DNA from: Nitrospirota bacterium
GTDB taxonomy: Bacteria > Nitrospirota > Nitrospiria > 2-01-FULL-66-17
DNA length: 64,000 nt
NCBI GenBank assembly: GCA_049325335.1
Contig: JBMOMC010000043.1
Coordinates: 309,852 to 373,851, forward strand
Direction of reading: 5' to 3'
The notes under the pieces are model-generated. The model did not search any database. It was given only the letters and a program-made list of their open reading frames with translations, and was not told the DNA's origin. Numbering within the stretch: position 1 is the first letter of the stretch; each line of letters begins with the position of its first letter. Position numbers and translations under genes: made by a program. Below, one piece after another: positions 43,901 through 52,314 of the stretch.

Positions 43901-44432
43901 GCTACCTAGGGGCTCCACCGGCGTCGTGGATACCGCGCTGGGCCGCTATTGCACCGGCACCAATCTGACGACGCCGATCACGCAACTCCAGACCAACCAA
44001 CAGTATCCTCATTGGTCACCCTCCCCCTACGGAGGCTCGACTGGGAACTTCTTTACCGAAGGCTACGGGGAGCTCGGCGTCGTACATAACCGGATACTGA
44101 AGGTCTCGTTCAGCGAACCGGTGCAGGAATGTGACAACGTGGCGGGGTCGGTCAACTGTAAGCCCCTGAGCACGGCGACGTTCTATATCACCGATGGGGG
44201 GCGGGTCCAGATTCAGCAGCTCATCGACCAGATCGACGATACGACCTGGGGGCTCTTTCCCTCGCAGGGCGCGGACCAGGTGTTTCTCGCGGGCGGTGGC
44301 TACATCGCGCACGTGGCGCCGACGCGTAACGGGCGAGCCATCAAAGACTTTGCCGGCAATACACTGGCGCCAGGACCCACGACCGAACCCAATTTCGTGG
44401 GCGAGTACACGTTCGGGTTCAAGGCGCAGTAA
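40956..44432 (+). CDS. Large secreted pentaheme c-type cytochrome with C-terminal Ig-like domain, paralog 1
   Basis: Signal peptide AFA|RHGEE; CSGCH, CSRCH, CEVCH, CAACH, CTTCH; GHNFPTG; VSFSEPV...YTFGF Big_5-like end. Confidence 0.88.
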   Translation: MQIADQKWRVGLSVFLLLAVVGLTATAFARHGEEGILTNRIPEPAPYVVGETTINPAGTAGAFGAPHTGQPFEPLWTGVNDTGGCSGCHTGLYDQWNGAMMSNAWRDPGWRGAFLLVARLTSTDGDCDIPNPPDDPSGASKAQINPFGIAGCQSRFNVTPGTTTPFPGVTPALYSGSGSLMDDFCSRCHMPTNYIDATTNVYADNQSPFGGGTSSQEHGRISPSYDPTACAGAGPLCSPSTSPLEPSPTDPATRQPTPESFGFRTYLDNGATRVVNTNSGQTGIICEVCHTNVETRYTPYHNYTKPTWANDQAFAPTPTASAEYYWAPGATARHQQLPLNKQDIVTEPDTASRNLGYALGAGAFRLSPHALNYPERFGPLTWNDPCALVPSRPCVIDPFLAQNAVVDPYITDVFTGGASSYTAYLTWANPPGKHDTFYQVKFERSEFCAACHDVTNPLTIKNKHGFWAGGFPIERTYTEWQNSRYADRPVRNDGTIPYKRDCTTCHMQQTFGEPGTGLTLYTVNGGVSPKAPLEEPSCDRIAHNPGYSHHFVGGNAYMTKLIGSDADGSGTVSPYPELLNTSFSSRDKNSRFNLARYDNTPSARGPSATQHERFAWDRMRNVLVMSVTAPASATPGTVAPLGVTITAEGSGHNFPTGFPEGRIAWLHLKAWDTRNTANTSDDVELFIRDSVRPAGAQDTLGVGNLTAQTLVDPAYPSTCPDTSGSPTGWKIPEGSPDPYAIQFKAVASEDRVCPTLDLPYATPINLRTTAAGLPADAAGNPVDRANPTRLPQYNDLDGDGDLFDDSFLVDTRLRPRGSGDLVTTVNSLRYPVVGPTVTTSRYSVVIPATGVVGPIAVTAAVYYQAFEAVVAKKFLGNLANLDDIDCNEGTAIPGVTCNTVPAGTLPTGTPTPFLEPCVLKGACDRVGKPGVTGETQLRDALKTDPVVVEGAPPVPMEVVNKVIAVGAAADTVAPRVIINNCKLPRGSTGVVDTALGRYCTGTNLTTPITQLQTNQQYPHWSPSPYGGSTGNFFTEGYGELGVVHNRILKVSFSEPVQECDNVAGSVNCKPLSTATFYITDGGRVQIQQLIDQIDDTTWGLFPSQGADQVFLAGGGYIAHVAPTRNGRAIKDFAGNTLAPGPTTEPNFVGEYTFGFKAQ

Positions 44433-44453
44433 CGATTCGATATTGGGGGGTGA

Positions 44454-44492
44454 GCGAGGGGAGGCGAGCCATACGCCTCCCCTCGCACTTTT
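44454..44492 (+). terminator. Intrinsic terminator
   Basis: GCGAGGGGAGGCG-loop-CGCCTCCCCTCGC-ACTTTT. Confidence 0.8.
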
Positions 44493-44557
44493 CTCAACGG
44501 AAAATATTCCCCTTTCAATGCCTTCTTTTCCCATTCTTGGTTTGCTTGTTTCGTCAA

Positions 44558-44605
44558 AAATCAAACCAACGGACAATTGAGCCGGGTCTGAGTTTGGGGT
44601 ACAGT
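44558..44605 (+). promoter_or_regulatory. Putative activator site plus sigma70 promoter of cytochrome gene 2
   Basis: AAATCaaACCaaCGGACAATTG overlapping TTGAGC-17-TACAGT. Confidence 0.6.
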
Positions 44606-44709
44606 CGCAAAATATATCACCAGCCTATGTATTCAGGCCGGGTTGGTGACTGGTTTATTCAAGATGATGGCCTGATTGTCCATGGGACTCGGAGACCGAG
44701 GAGGGGCAG

Positions 44710-47700
44710 ATGAAATACGGGCATCAGAGATGGAAAGGAATAGTCGTGGCGCTCGCGAGCGTGCTGAGTGTCGCGGGCCTGGCGTCCACAGCGTGGGCCC
44801 GGCACGGGGAGGAACAGAGGCTCACCAACCGGATTCCGGAGCCGGCCCCGTACGTGGTGGCAGAGACGGCCGCAGCGGGTGGGGCGCCGCACACCGGGGT
44901 CCCCTTTGAACCGCTCTGGAATGGCGCCAACGAGGCTGGGGGGTGCGACGGCTGCCATACCGGGCTCTGGGAGGAATGGAACGGGGCCATGATGTCCAAT
45001 GCCTGGCGCGATCCAGGGTGGCGCGGCGCGTTTTTGCTGGTCGCACGGCTGACGTCAACCGACGGGTGCGCGGATATTCCTGCTCCCCCGGACGACCCGA
45101 ACAATGTCAATGGCACGCGGTATGACTGTAGCGACGACGCCCATAAGATCAACCCATTCGCCAACGCGAATGGGACATCAACCTTTAATATGGGGACGAC
45201 TACGGTTGACTACAGCGATTCCGGGTCGTTAATGGATGATTTCTGTTCGCGGTGTCACATGCCCAGCAACTATGCCGATGCGATCACGTCGGTGACAACG
45301 CTGGCAGCGGATTCCGGTTTGGAGCATGGTCGCATCAGCCCGAAGTACGATCCGACGGATTGCGTGGGCCCCTCGCCCTGCGGAACGTTGGGGACGTTGA
45401 CCACGAGAGATCCGGCGAACAATGCGTTGACGCCCGAATCGTTCGCCCAACGGTTCTATAGTGATCTTAATGATACAGCCGGCGTCAGCCGGCCAGCCAA
45501 CACCAACAGCGGTAAGGCCGGTATTACGTGCGAAGTCTGTCACACCAACGTGGAGACACGTTTCACCCCGTATCACAATTACAACCGGTCCGCCAATGCG
45601 AATATCCAGAGCATCACGCCAGGCCCGACGCAAAGCGCGGAATACTATTGGGCGACAGGGGCCGGTGAGCGCAACAGCCAGTTGCCGCCGGACAAAGCCG
45701 ATATGCTGTATGTCCCGGATCCAACGTCCGGAAACCTTGGGTACGGGATCGGGGCTGGAGCGTTTCGGCTGTCGCCGCACGCGTTGAAGTTCCCGGATCG
45801 GTTTGGTCCGTTGACCCGGAATGACTTCACCAACGTGATCGACCCGTATATCCAGGACGTGTTCAACCTCGGGAACAACGACCCGAACGCGAAATACCAG
45901 ATGGCCAATGAACCGGGCGCGCACAATACCTATTACCAGGTCAAATTCGAGCGCGCCGAGTTCTGCGCGTCCTGTCATGATGTGACCAACCCGATGACCA
46001 TTAAAAACCGACCTGGGTACTGGGTGGGCGGGTTCCCGATTGAGCGGACATATACCGAGTGGCGCAACAGCCGGTATGCTGATCGATCCAAGATCGATCC
46101 TCTGACTGGACAAACCGTGAGGGATGCTGCTGGCAACCCGATCAAGAATCCCCATTACGACGAAAACTACAAACGGGACTGCCAAACCTGTCATATGCAG
46201 CAGACGTACGGCGAGCCGGGCACCGCGCTCACGCTCTACACTGTGGCGCTAAACGGTACGGTCACGCCGGACGCGCCCCTTGGCGAGCCGTCCTGCGACC
46301 GGTATATCCACACGCCGGGGTATTCGCACCACTTTGTGGGCGGCAACGGGTATATGACCAGACTCATCGGGGCGGATATTGACGGCGGGGGCACGGTCAA
46401 GCCGTATCCGGAGTTGCTCCACACGAGTTTTTCTTCCACCAGTGAGGACAGCCGGTACCACTATGCGCGATACGACACCACCGGCACGGTCACGGGCGGT
46501 ACCACGCAACATGAGCGGTTCTCGTGGGATCGGGTGCGCAACGCGCTGACGCTCTCGCTGAGCGCGCAGTACACCTCGATCTCGCAGCCGAGCGTGGAGC
46601 AGGTGGTGCCGTTGACCATCACGGTCAAAAACGAAGGCGCGGGCCACAATTTTCCGACCGGGTTCCCGGAAGGCCGTGCCGCGTGGGTAGCGGTACGGGC
46701 GTGGGACACCAATAACACGCCGGAGCTCACGGATGATACGGAACTGAAGATCCAATACAGCCCGAACTCAGCAGACCGGTCGGTCGGAATCGGATATTTG
46801 ACCGCTGGAACGGTGAAGCCTGATCCCACATACCCATCAAACTGCCCCGATTCGGGCGGCCACGCCGGTGGCTGGAAGCTGCCCGAGGGGTCCATTGATC
46901 CCAACGCATACGCGTTCCGTGCCATGGCCACGCTGGATAAGAGGTGTCCGACATTGGATCTGCCCTATGCCACGCCGGTGAATCTGAATGTGAACGGGAA
47001 CAATATGCCGACGGACGGTCCCAATGGAACCGGAAACGTCATCAACCGAGACAACCCCTTGGGGATCCCGATCTATGCGGATAATGATCAGGATGGGGAT
47101 GTCTTTGACGACTCGTTCCTGAGCGATACGCGGCTGCAGCCGTGTCGGAAAGACCCCGTAACGGGTGTGAGTTGCGCGAACCCGGGGGCGACGCTGAACC
47201 TCACCAAGTACTCGGTGGTGGTGCCGGCGAGCGTGAACGGGCAACCGATCAAAGGACCGATCGCGGTGACCGCTGCGGTGTACTATCAGTCGTTTGAAGC
47301 CATCGTGGCCAAGAAGTTCTTGGGCAATTTGGCTGATCTCGATGACGATGTGATCCCGACGCTGGAGCCGTGCGTGCTCAAGGCGCCGTGCGGGCGAAGT
47401 TCGACCGATGCCGCGTATCGGCAGGCGTTGCTCTTTGATCCGGTGGTGGTAGAGGGGGCGCCCCCGGTGCCGCTACAGGTGCGTAACACCGTAATTAAGA
47501 TCACGCAGGTCGCTGACACGGTGCAGCCACGCGTGATTGTCAATAACTGCAAGCCGCCGCGAGGGGTCACGCCGGTGCCGTGCAACACAAACCTACTGGC
47601 GGCCATTCCCGCCAATGCCCATTGGTCGCCCTCGCCCTACGGGGGGCCGACCGGCGATTACCAGTCGGAGGGTTACGGGGAACTCAACGTGGCGCAGAAC

Positions 47701-48084
47701 CGGATCGTGAAGGTCTCGTTCAGCGAGCCGGTACAGGAGTGCGACGACGTCCCAGGGCAGGTCAAATGCAAGCCGTTGTCGGAGTGTCAATTTGCTCGGG
47801 CGAGCGGGGAAATCCCCAATTGCGGCGTGACATTCTATCTGACGGACAACCGAAACGCCGCAGTGAACTTCCTTCAGGATCAGATCGGGGATACCACGTG
47901 GGCGTTGTTTCCGTATGCGAGTCTGGATGCGGTGTTCTTGGGCGGGGGCGGATACAAGATCCACGTGGCGCCGACCAAGAGCGGCCGAGCGATCAAAGAT
48001 TATGCTGGCAATACGCTCTTCAACGGTCCGACAACCGAAGTCGGGTATGTGAATGAGTACACGTTCGGGTTCAAAGCTCAATAA
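44710..48084 (+). CDS. Large secreted pentaheme c-type cytochrome, paralog 2
   Basis: AWA|RHGEE; CDGCH, CSRCH, CEVCH, CASCH, CQTCH; colinear with paralog 1, both ending EYTFGFKAQ. Confidence 0.9.
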   Translation: MKYGHQRWKGIVVALASVLSVAGLASTAWARHGEEQRLTNRIPEPAPYVVAETAAAGGAPHTGVPFEPLWNGANEAGGCDGCHTGLWEEWNGAMMSNAWRDPGWRGAFLLVARLTSTDGCADIPAPPDDPNNVNGTRYDCSDDAHKINPFANANGTSTFNMGTTTVDYSDSGSLMDDFCSRCHMPSNYADAITSVTTLAADSGLEHGRISPKYDPTDCVGPSPCGTLGTLTTRDPANNALTPESFAQRFYSDLNDTAGVSRPANTNSGKAGITCEVCHTNVETRFTPYHNYNRSANANIQSITPGPTQSAEYYWATGAGERNSQLPPDKADMLYVPDPTSGNLGYGIGAGAFRLSPHALKFPDRFGPLTRNDFTNVIDPYIQDVFNLGNNDPNAKYQMANEPGAHNTYYQVKFERAEFCASCHDVTNPMTIKNRPGYWVGGFPIERTYTEWRNSRYADRSKIDPLTGQTVRDAAGNPIKNPHYDENYKRDCQTCHMQQTYGEPGTALTLYTVALNGTVTPDAPLGEPSCDRYIHTPGYSHHFVGGNGYMTRLIGADIDGGGTVKPYPELLHTSFSSTSEDSRYHYARYDTTGTVTGGTTQHERFSWDRVRNALTLSLSAQYTSISQPSVEQVVPLTITVKNEGAGHNFPTGFPEGRAAWVAVRAWDTNNTPELTDDTELKIQYSPNSADRSVGIGYLTAGTVKPDPTYPSNCPDSGGHAGGWKLPEGSIDPNAYAFRAMATLDKRCPTLDLPYATPVNLNVNGNNMPTDGPNGTGNVINRDNPLGIPIYADNDQDGDVFDDSFLSDTRLQPCRKDPVTGVSCANPGATLNLTKYSVVVPASVNGQPIKGPIAVTAAVYYQSFEAIVAKKFLGNLADLDDDVIPTLEPCVLKAPCGRSSTDAAYRQALLFDPVVVEGAPPVPLQVRNTVIKITQVADTVQPRVIVNNCKPPRGVTPVPCNTNLLAAIPANAHWSPSPYGGPTGDYQSEGYGELNVAQNRIVKVSFSEPVQECDDVPGQVKCKPLSECQFARASGEIPNCGVTFYLTDNRNAAVNFLQDQIGDTTWALFPYASLDAVFLGGGGYKIHVAPTKSGRAIKDYAGNTLFNGPTTEVGYVNEYTFGFKAQ

Positions 48085-48108
48085 GGTCCAGTAGCACAGA
48101 GGTATGAC

Positions 48109-48141
48109 AAGGGAGGGAGGCGATACCGCCTCCCTCTTTTG
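48109..48141 (+). terminator. Intrinsic terminator
   Basis: GAGGGAGGCG-atac-CGCCTCCCTC-TTTT. Confidence 0.85.
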
Positions 48142-48245
48142 TTCCGGCCCATTGATTCGCGCGTGACGGTGACATAGAATCACCCGACCCGCCGTTCAAG
48201 TCAGGATTCAGAAACCCGGTCGGAGTCGACCGCAAAGGAGCAGTC

Positions 48246-50588
48246 GTGAACAGTCGAATCGTCAACAGATCACTGGCGTCAGGAGCCGCGGCGCTTGCCG
48301 TGGCGGGGAGTCTGGCGTTCACCACGTCGGCTGCGGCCAAGTCCGCGACGTTGGCCTACGTGGCCAACGGCGGGAACAACAATATTCAGATCGTGGACGT
48401 GGCCACCGGCGAAACCGTCAATAAATTGTATGCCGGCGCCGCGCCCTGGCGGCTCGTGCCATCGCCGGACAAAAAGCGCTTACTCGTCCAGCACTGGTAC
48501 TCGGAGACCACCGCGGTCGTCAACCTGGCAACGAATGAGATCGAGGCGGTGCTGCCAGTGCGAGGTCCCGGCACGTTCGCGCCGGATGGCAAGAAGTTCT
48601 GGAGCTACTCGTGGCCCGGCTCGTTTTTGCAGAGTTTTGACGGCAAGACGTTCAAGCCGCTCGACCAGCGACAGACCGAAGATCGCAATGCGTACGAGTT
48701 GATTTTCTGGGAGAAGAGCCGGCTGGTGTTGGGCCAGTATGACCCCATCACCAAGGCGGGCCGGAAAGTCTCGGATTTTGTCATGACCGCGGACCTTTCG
48801 GACCCCAAACACCAGTCGTCTCAGATCGCGACCGGAACGAGTCCTGCGAGAATCGTGGTGGATCCGAGCGGCGACTTCATCCTGACCGCAAATGTGGACG
48901 GCAACGACGTGACCATCGCGAATCAATACGGCGCGACCGCGCGCATCACGTTGGCCCCGGGACCGCGCGACATCCTCTTTGCCGACCGCGGCAAACGTCT
49001 GATCGTGATCTGTTGGAAACCCGGGGCCCGTGAGAGCGAGGTGTTCACGTTGAGCGCCAACTTTGCCGAGCGTCCGTGGCCCGCGTTCAAGGCCGAGAAA
49101 TCTGCGAAGACTCCTGGCGGGCTGACCGACGCGGCGTTGAGTCCTGACGGCCGCACCCTCTACGCGTTGGATCGCTTGGGCAAGCGGCTGGTGTCGTTCG
49201 ACGCCGTGACCTTGGAGGAATTGGGCAGCCTTGCGGTGGGGGATGAGCCGACCGCGTTTGTGCTCCGCGAAGTCTCCGGCCGCGAGCGTGATCGGCTCGC
49301 GCAAAAGACGGCGGCCCGCAAGCGTCTTGAAGAGGTCGTCACCGCGATGAAGACCCGTGGCCCGGCGTTTACCGACGTGGCATTTACCGAAACCATGACC
49401 AGCGAAGTCCCGGAGGAGGTGAAGGCCGACGGAGACGCGTCGGATGCGGAAAAGCGTGCGCAGGCGCCCAAGACTAAGACCGTGACCTCGACCATCAAGA
49501 CCTCCTTACGGCTTCCGGACTCGGTGCGCCAGGAGTTTGAGGACGGTGGAATCCGGCTGGCCCAAGGCGGCCGCGCGTATGCCGTGACCAAGGCCGGGCG
49601 GTACAACTCCACGCCGCGGCAGGATCTGGTCTACCTCCTGTATACGGTGCAGGGGCAATCCACCGATGAATGGATCAAAGCCTTGGCCGGCGACGTGCCG
49701 GGCAGCCTGTATCTGCGCAACGGGATCGCGGTTGATATCGCCCGCACCGTGGAAGAGGAAGGCCACCGGTACCACGCCATCGGCGCCATGAACGCGCACG
49801 ACCCTGTGTCCCAGTTGTGGGTCAGCGCGGAAACCGGGTTGCCGGTGAGCCTCGTTGAGCAGTTCCCGGTCATGCGGGCGAAGAATCCGCACGCAAAAGG
49901 CGACGAATTTCAGGGGCTGACCGAGACCAGGCTGCAGTATCAAAAACTCGATGGCGGCTACACCATTCCGACTACGCTCAGCCGGTATCTGGACGGCAAA
50001 GAACTAGGCCGTGTCGAGGTCTCGCAGCTCGCATTCAATCAGAATCCGCCACCGGAACGGTTCGACCTGGCCCGGTTGGGCGGGGCGATCAAGCCGTTGA
50101 CGGTCAAAGCCACGCCGGCCAAGGCCTCCCAGAAGGGGCCTGGACTTGCGGTGTCTGGTTTGGGGAACGCGCACGTCGGGACCCCGTTCGAGGACCACGC
50201 GGCGTACAACAGCAACCCGCCCACGTCCGGCCCACACACCCCGTATGTGGCGGACTGGGGCGTGCACAAGGCGCCGATTGCTCCGGAGACGCAGGTCCAC
50301 AACCTGGAAGACGGCGGCGTGTTGGTGCAGTATTCGTGTCCCTCGGCATGTCCAGACCTCGCGGGCAAGCTCGAAGCGTTGGCCGGCAAGTACGAGCGGC
50401 TCATCGTGGCGCCCTATCCGTTGATGACGGATCGGATTGCGCTGACCGCGTGGGAGCGGGTCGACCTGCTGACCGACTACGATGAGGCGCGGATCACCGC
50501 GTTCATCGACGCCTACATCGGAAAGGATCACCATCCGGCTGAAGGAGAGGGGGGCGCCAAGCCGTCGGGAGGCAAGGAAAAAGAATGA
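48246..50588 (+). CDS. Secreted fusion: YVTN-type beta-propeller, LolA-like middle domain and DUF3105
   Basis: AYVANGGNNNIQIVD, LSPDGRTLYA; QLWVSAETGLPV...FNQNPPPERF; YNSNPPTSGPH...HNLEDGGVLVQY...IALTAW. Confidence 0.72.
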   Translation: MNSRIVNRSLASGAAALAVAGSLAFTTSAAAKSATLAYVANGGNNNIQIVDVATGETVNKLYAGAAPWRLVPSPDKKRLLVQHWYSETTAVVNLATNEIEAVLPVRGPGTFAPDGKKFWSYSWPGSFLQSFDGKTFKPLDQRQTEDRNAYELIFWEKSRLVLGQYDPITKAGRKVSDFVMTADLSDPKHQSSQIATGTSPARIVVDPSGDFILTANVDGNDVTIANQYGATARITLAPGPRDILFADRGKRLIVICWKPGARESEVFTLSANFAERPWPAFKAEKSAKTPGGLTDAALSPDGRTLYALDRLGKRLVSFDAVTLEELGSLAVGDEPTAFVLREVSGRERDRLAQKTAARKRLEEVVTAMKTRGPAFTDVAFTETMTSEVPEEVKADGDASDAEKRAQAPKTKTVTSTIKTSLRLPDSVRQEFEDGGIRLAQGGRAYAVTKAGRYNSTPRQDLVYLLYTVQGQSTDEWIKALAGDVPGSLYLRNGIAVDIARTVEEEGHRYHAIGAMNAHDPVSQLWVSAETGLPVSLVEQFPVMRAKNPHAKGDEFQGLTETRLQYQKLDGGYTIPTTLSRYLDGKELGRVEVSQLAFNQNPPPERFDLARLGGAIKPLTVKATPAKASQKGPGLAVSGLGNAHVGTPFEDHAAYNSNPPTSGPHTPYVADWGVHKAPIAPETQVHNLEDGGVLVQYSCPSACPDLAGKLEALAGKYERLIVAPYPLMTDRIALTAWERVDLLTDYDEARITAFIDAYIGKDHHPAEGEGGAKPSGGKEKE

Positions 50589-51268
50589 AACGCATTGTCG
50601 TGGTGTTCGGAGCGGTGGCGCTTGGCGTGATCGTGATCCAGGGTTGCCAGCCCAAGCCCGGATCAGGCCTCCCCGAGCCGGTGGCCGAGCGGAGCGGACC
50701 ACCCGCGCCGGGAAGTCTGCCGTCAGGCTCGCTCCCGCTCAACCATCCGACCATGTCGCCCCCGTCGAGCCAACCCGGGCAGTCCCCGCCCGCGGTCAAC
50801 CGGCCGCTCCCGGCTGGTACGCGGAATCCCATGGAAGACATCATGGCGTTCAAGGCGCGCCTGGACAAGAACCCGAAGGATTACGAAGCATTGGTGTCGT
50901 TGGGCAACGCCAACATGATGATCTCCCGGTTGGAGGCGGCACAGGATCTGTATGTGCGGGCGCTGGCGATCAACCCGAAGGATCTGGACGTGCGGACCAA
51001 TCTGGCGATCGCCTATAAATATGGCGGCAAGCCTGACCAATCGTTCGCGGAACTGCACAAGAATTTGGAGGCCGACCCCAACAACGATTCTACGCTCTAC
51101 AACCTCGGGTTCTTGTACTTGTATGACAAGCAGGACAAAAAGAAAGCACTCGATATCTGGAAGAAATGGCTGGTGCTCTATCCCAACGCTCCTGCAGCGG
51201 CCGACGTGAGCAAACAGGTCGCGCAAATCGAAGCGGAGATGGGGAAGGGCGCCGTGTCGTCGAAGTAG
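50585..51268 (+). CDS. TPR lipoprotein with LPxxHP motif (CycH/CcmI-like)
   Basis: Lipobox IQG-C; LPLNHPTM; TPRs (ALVSLGNA, ALAINP, LYNLG). Confidence 0.8.
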   Translation: MKRIVVVFGAVALGVIVIQGCQPKPGSGLPEPVAERSGPPAPGSLPSGSLPLNHPTMSPPSSQPGQSPPAVNRPLPAGTRNPMEDIMAFKARLDKNPKDYEALVSLGNANMMISRLEAAQDLYVRALAINPKDLDVRTNLAIAYKYGGKPDQSFAELHKNLEADPNNDSTLYNLGFLYLYDKQDKKKALDIWKKWLVLYPNAPAAADVSKQVAQIEAEMGKGAVSSK

Positions 51269-51290
51269 GGGCGCGGCATGCCGTGCCCCT
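51265..51290. repeat. GTAG-family REP-like palindrome, second copy
   Basis: GTAGGGGCGCGGCATGCCGTGCCCCT overlapping the TPR gene stop. Confidence 0.7.
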
Positions 51291-51316
51291 CTGTGAAATC
51301 GTCCGGTGTGTTTTTT

Positions 51317-52150
51317 TTATGACACGGATTGCGCGCAGCGGAAGCCGAAGTCCCGATACCTTGCGATAGGCGGTTTTGGGAACCGGTAGGCGCTCCGGTA
51401 GAATTCGGGCAATGCATAATGCCCGACGCCTCCCCAACCTCCGCCTTTTAACACCTTGAACGTGCGGCCGAACTGGTCGGAGTGGTAGCTGCTGCCGGGA
51501 TGGGGCAGGTACCAATCCGACGTCCACTCCCACGCGTTCCCGGCCATGTCTTCGACGCCGTACGGGCTACGACCGTCGGGAAAACTCCCCACGTCCACCA
51601 GCCCGCCGCGGTTTGCGTCGCCGGTGTTGGCCTTCTTGCCGTCGTAGTCGTTGCCCCAGGGAAATTCACGTCCGTCCGCGCCGCGTGCGGCCTTTTCCCA
51701 CTCGGTTTCGGTGGGCAGCCGCTTGCCGCGCCACTCGCAGTAGCGCTGGGCTTGGAACCAGTCCACGCCCGTGACCGGCCGTTGCTCGGTCCCAGCCGGC
51801 GGGACGCCGTTGGTCCAGTGCTCGGGCGCGGGCTCGCCGGTCGTGCGCACGAACGCGGCGTACGCGGATTGGGTGACTTCATACCGATCGATACGGAAGT
51901 CCGGCAGTGTGATGGGTTGCTGCGGATGCTCGTCCAGGTACAGGGGTTTGGCGAAGCCGAATTCGTTACCGCGGCCCTCGGTGTCCACGCGATCACTGCC
52001 CATCAGGAACTCCCCGGCAGGAATCAGAATCATGCCGCGGTCGGCGGCGGACGGGGCGTCGATGGTCCGCGCGGCCCAATACCCGCCTCCGACCGCAATC
52101 GCGGCCACCGCAAGCACGGCGATCAGGAGTTGAACGCGCACGGACTGCAT
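51317..52150 (-). CDS. FGE-sulfatase/SUMF1-domain protein 1 (membrane-anchored); start may be 52189
   Basis: IPAGEFLMGS, RLPTETEWEKAARG, DMAGNAWEW, GFRCA. Confidence 0.9.
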   Translation of the reverse strand: MQSVRVQLLIAVLAVAAIAVGGGYWAARTIDAPSAADRGMILIPAGEFLMGSDRVDTEGRGNEFGFAKPLYLDEHPQQPITLPDFRIDRYEVTQSAYAAFVRTTGEPAPEHWTNGVPPAGTEQRPVTGVDWFQAQRYCEWRGKRLPTETEWEKAARGADGREFPWGNDYDGKKANTGDANRGGLVDVGSFPDGRSPYGVEDMAGNAWEWTSDWYLPHPGSSYHSDQFGRTFKVLKGGGWGGVGHYALPEFYRSAYRFPKPPIARYRDFGFRCAQSVS

Positions 52151-52191
52151 GTCGAGGTCACCGAGGACCCTGTTCGAGTATTCGGCCATTT

Positions 52192-52314
52192 GAGTCCGTC
52201 CAGGAATGAGCCAGATGCAAGGCGGAGCGAGAACCGGAGCGGAGCGTACTGTATCGTACGTGAGCACCGGAAGCGCAGCGACAACGCAGCAGATGGCCAT
52301 TCATGGACGGACTC
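52192..52314 (-). repeat. ~120-nt structured dispersed repeat, copy 5 (minus strand)
   Basis: Reverse complement carries the same core; the outer stem includes the last codons and stop of the upstream FGE gene. Confidence 0.9.

Noticed and set aside
40956..48084. Cytochromes as HAO, NrfA, MtrC or OmcS orthologs
   Set aside because: Heme count (five CXXCH, no CXXCK), size and domain layout do not match those families
9628..52314. The 120-nt repeats as a CRISPR array or tRNA-like genes
   Set aside because: Dispersed single copies with no spacer periodicity, no cas genes and no cloverleaf or CCA
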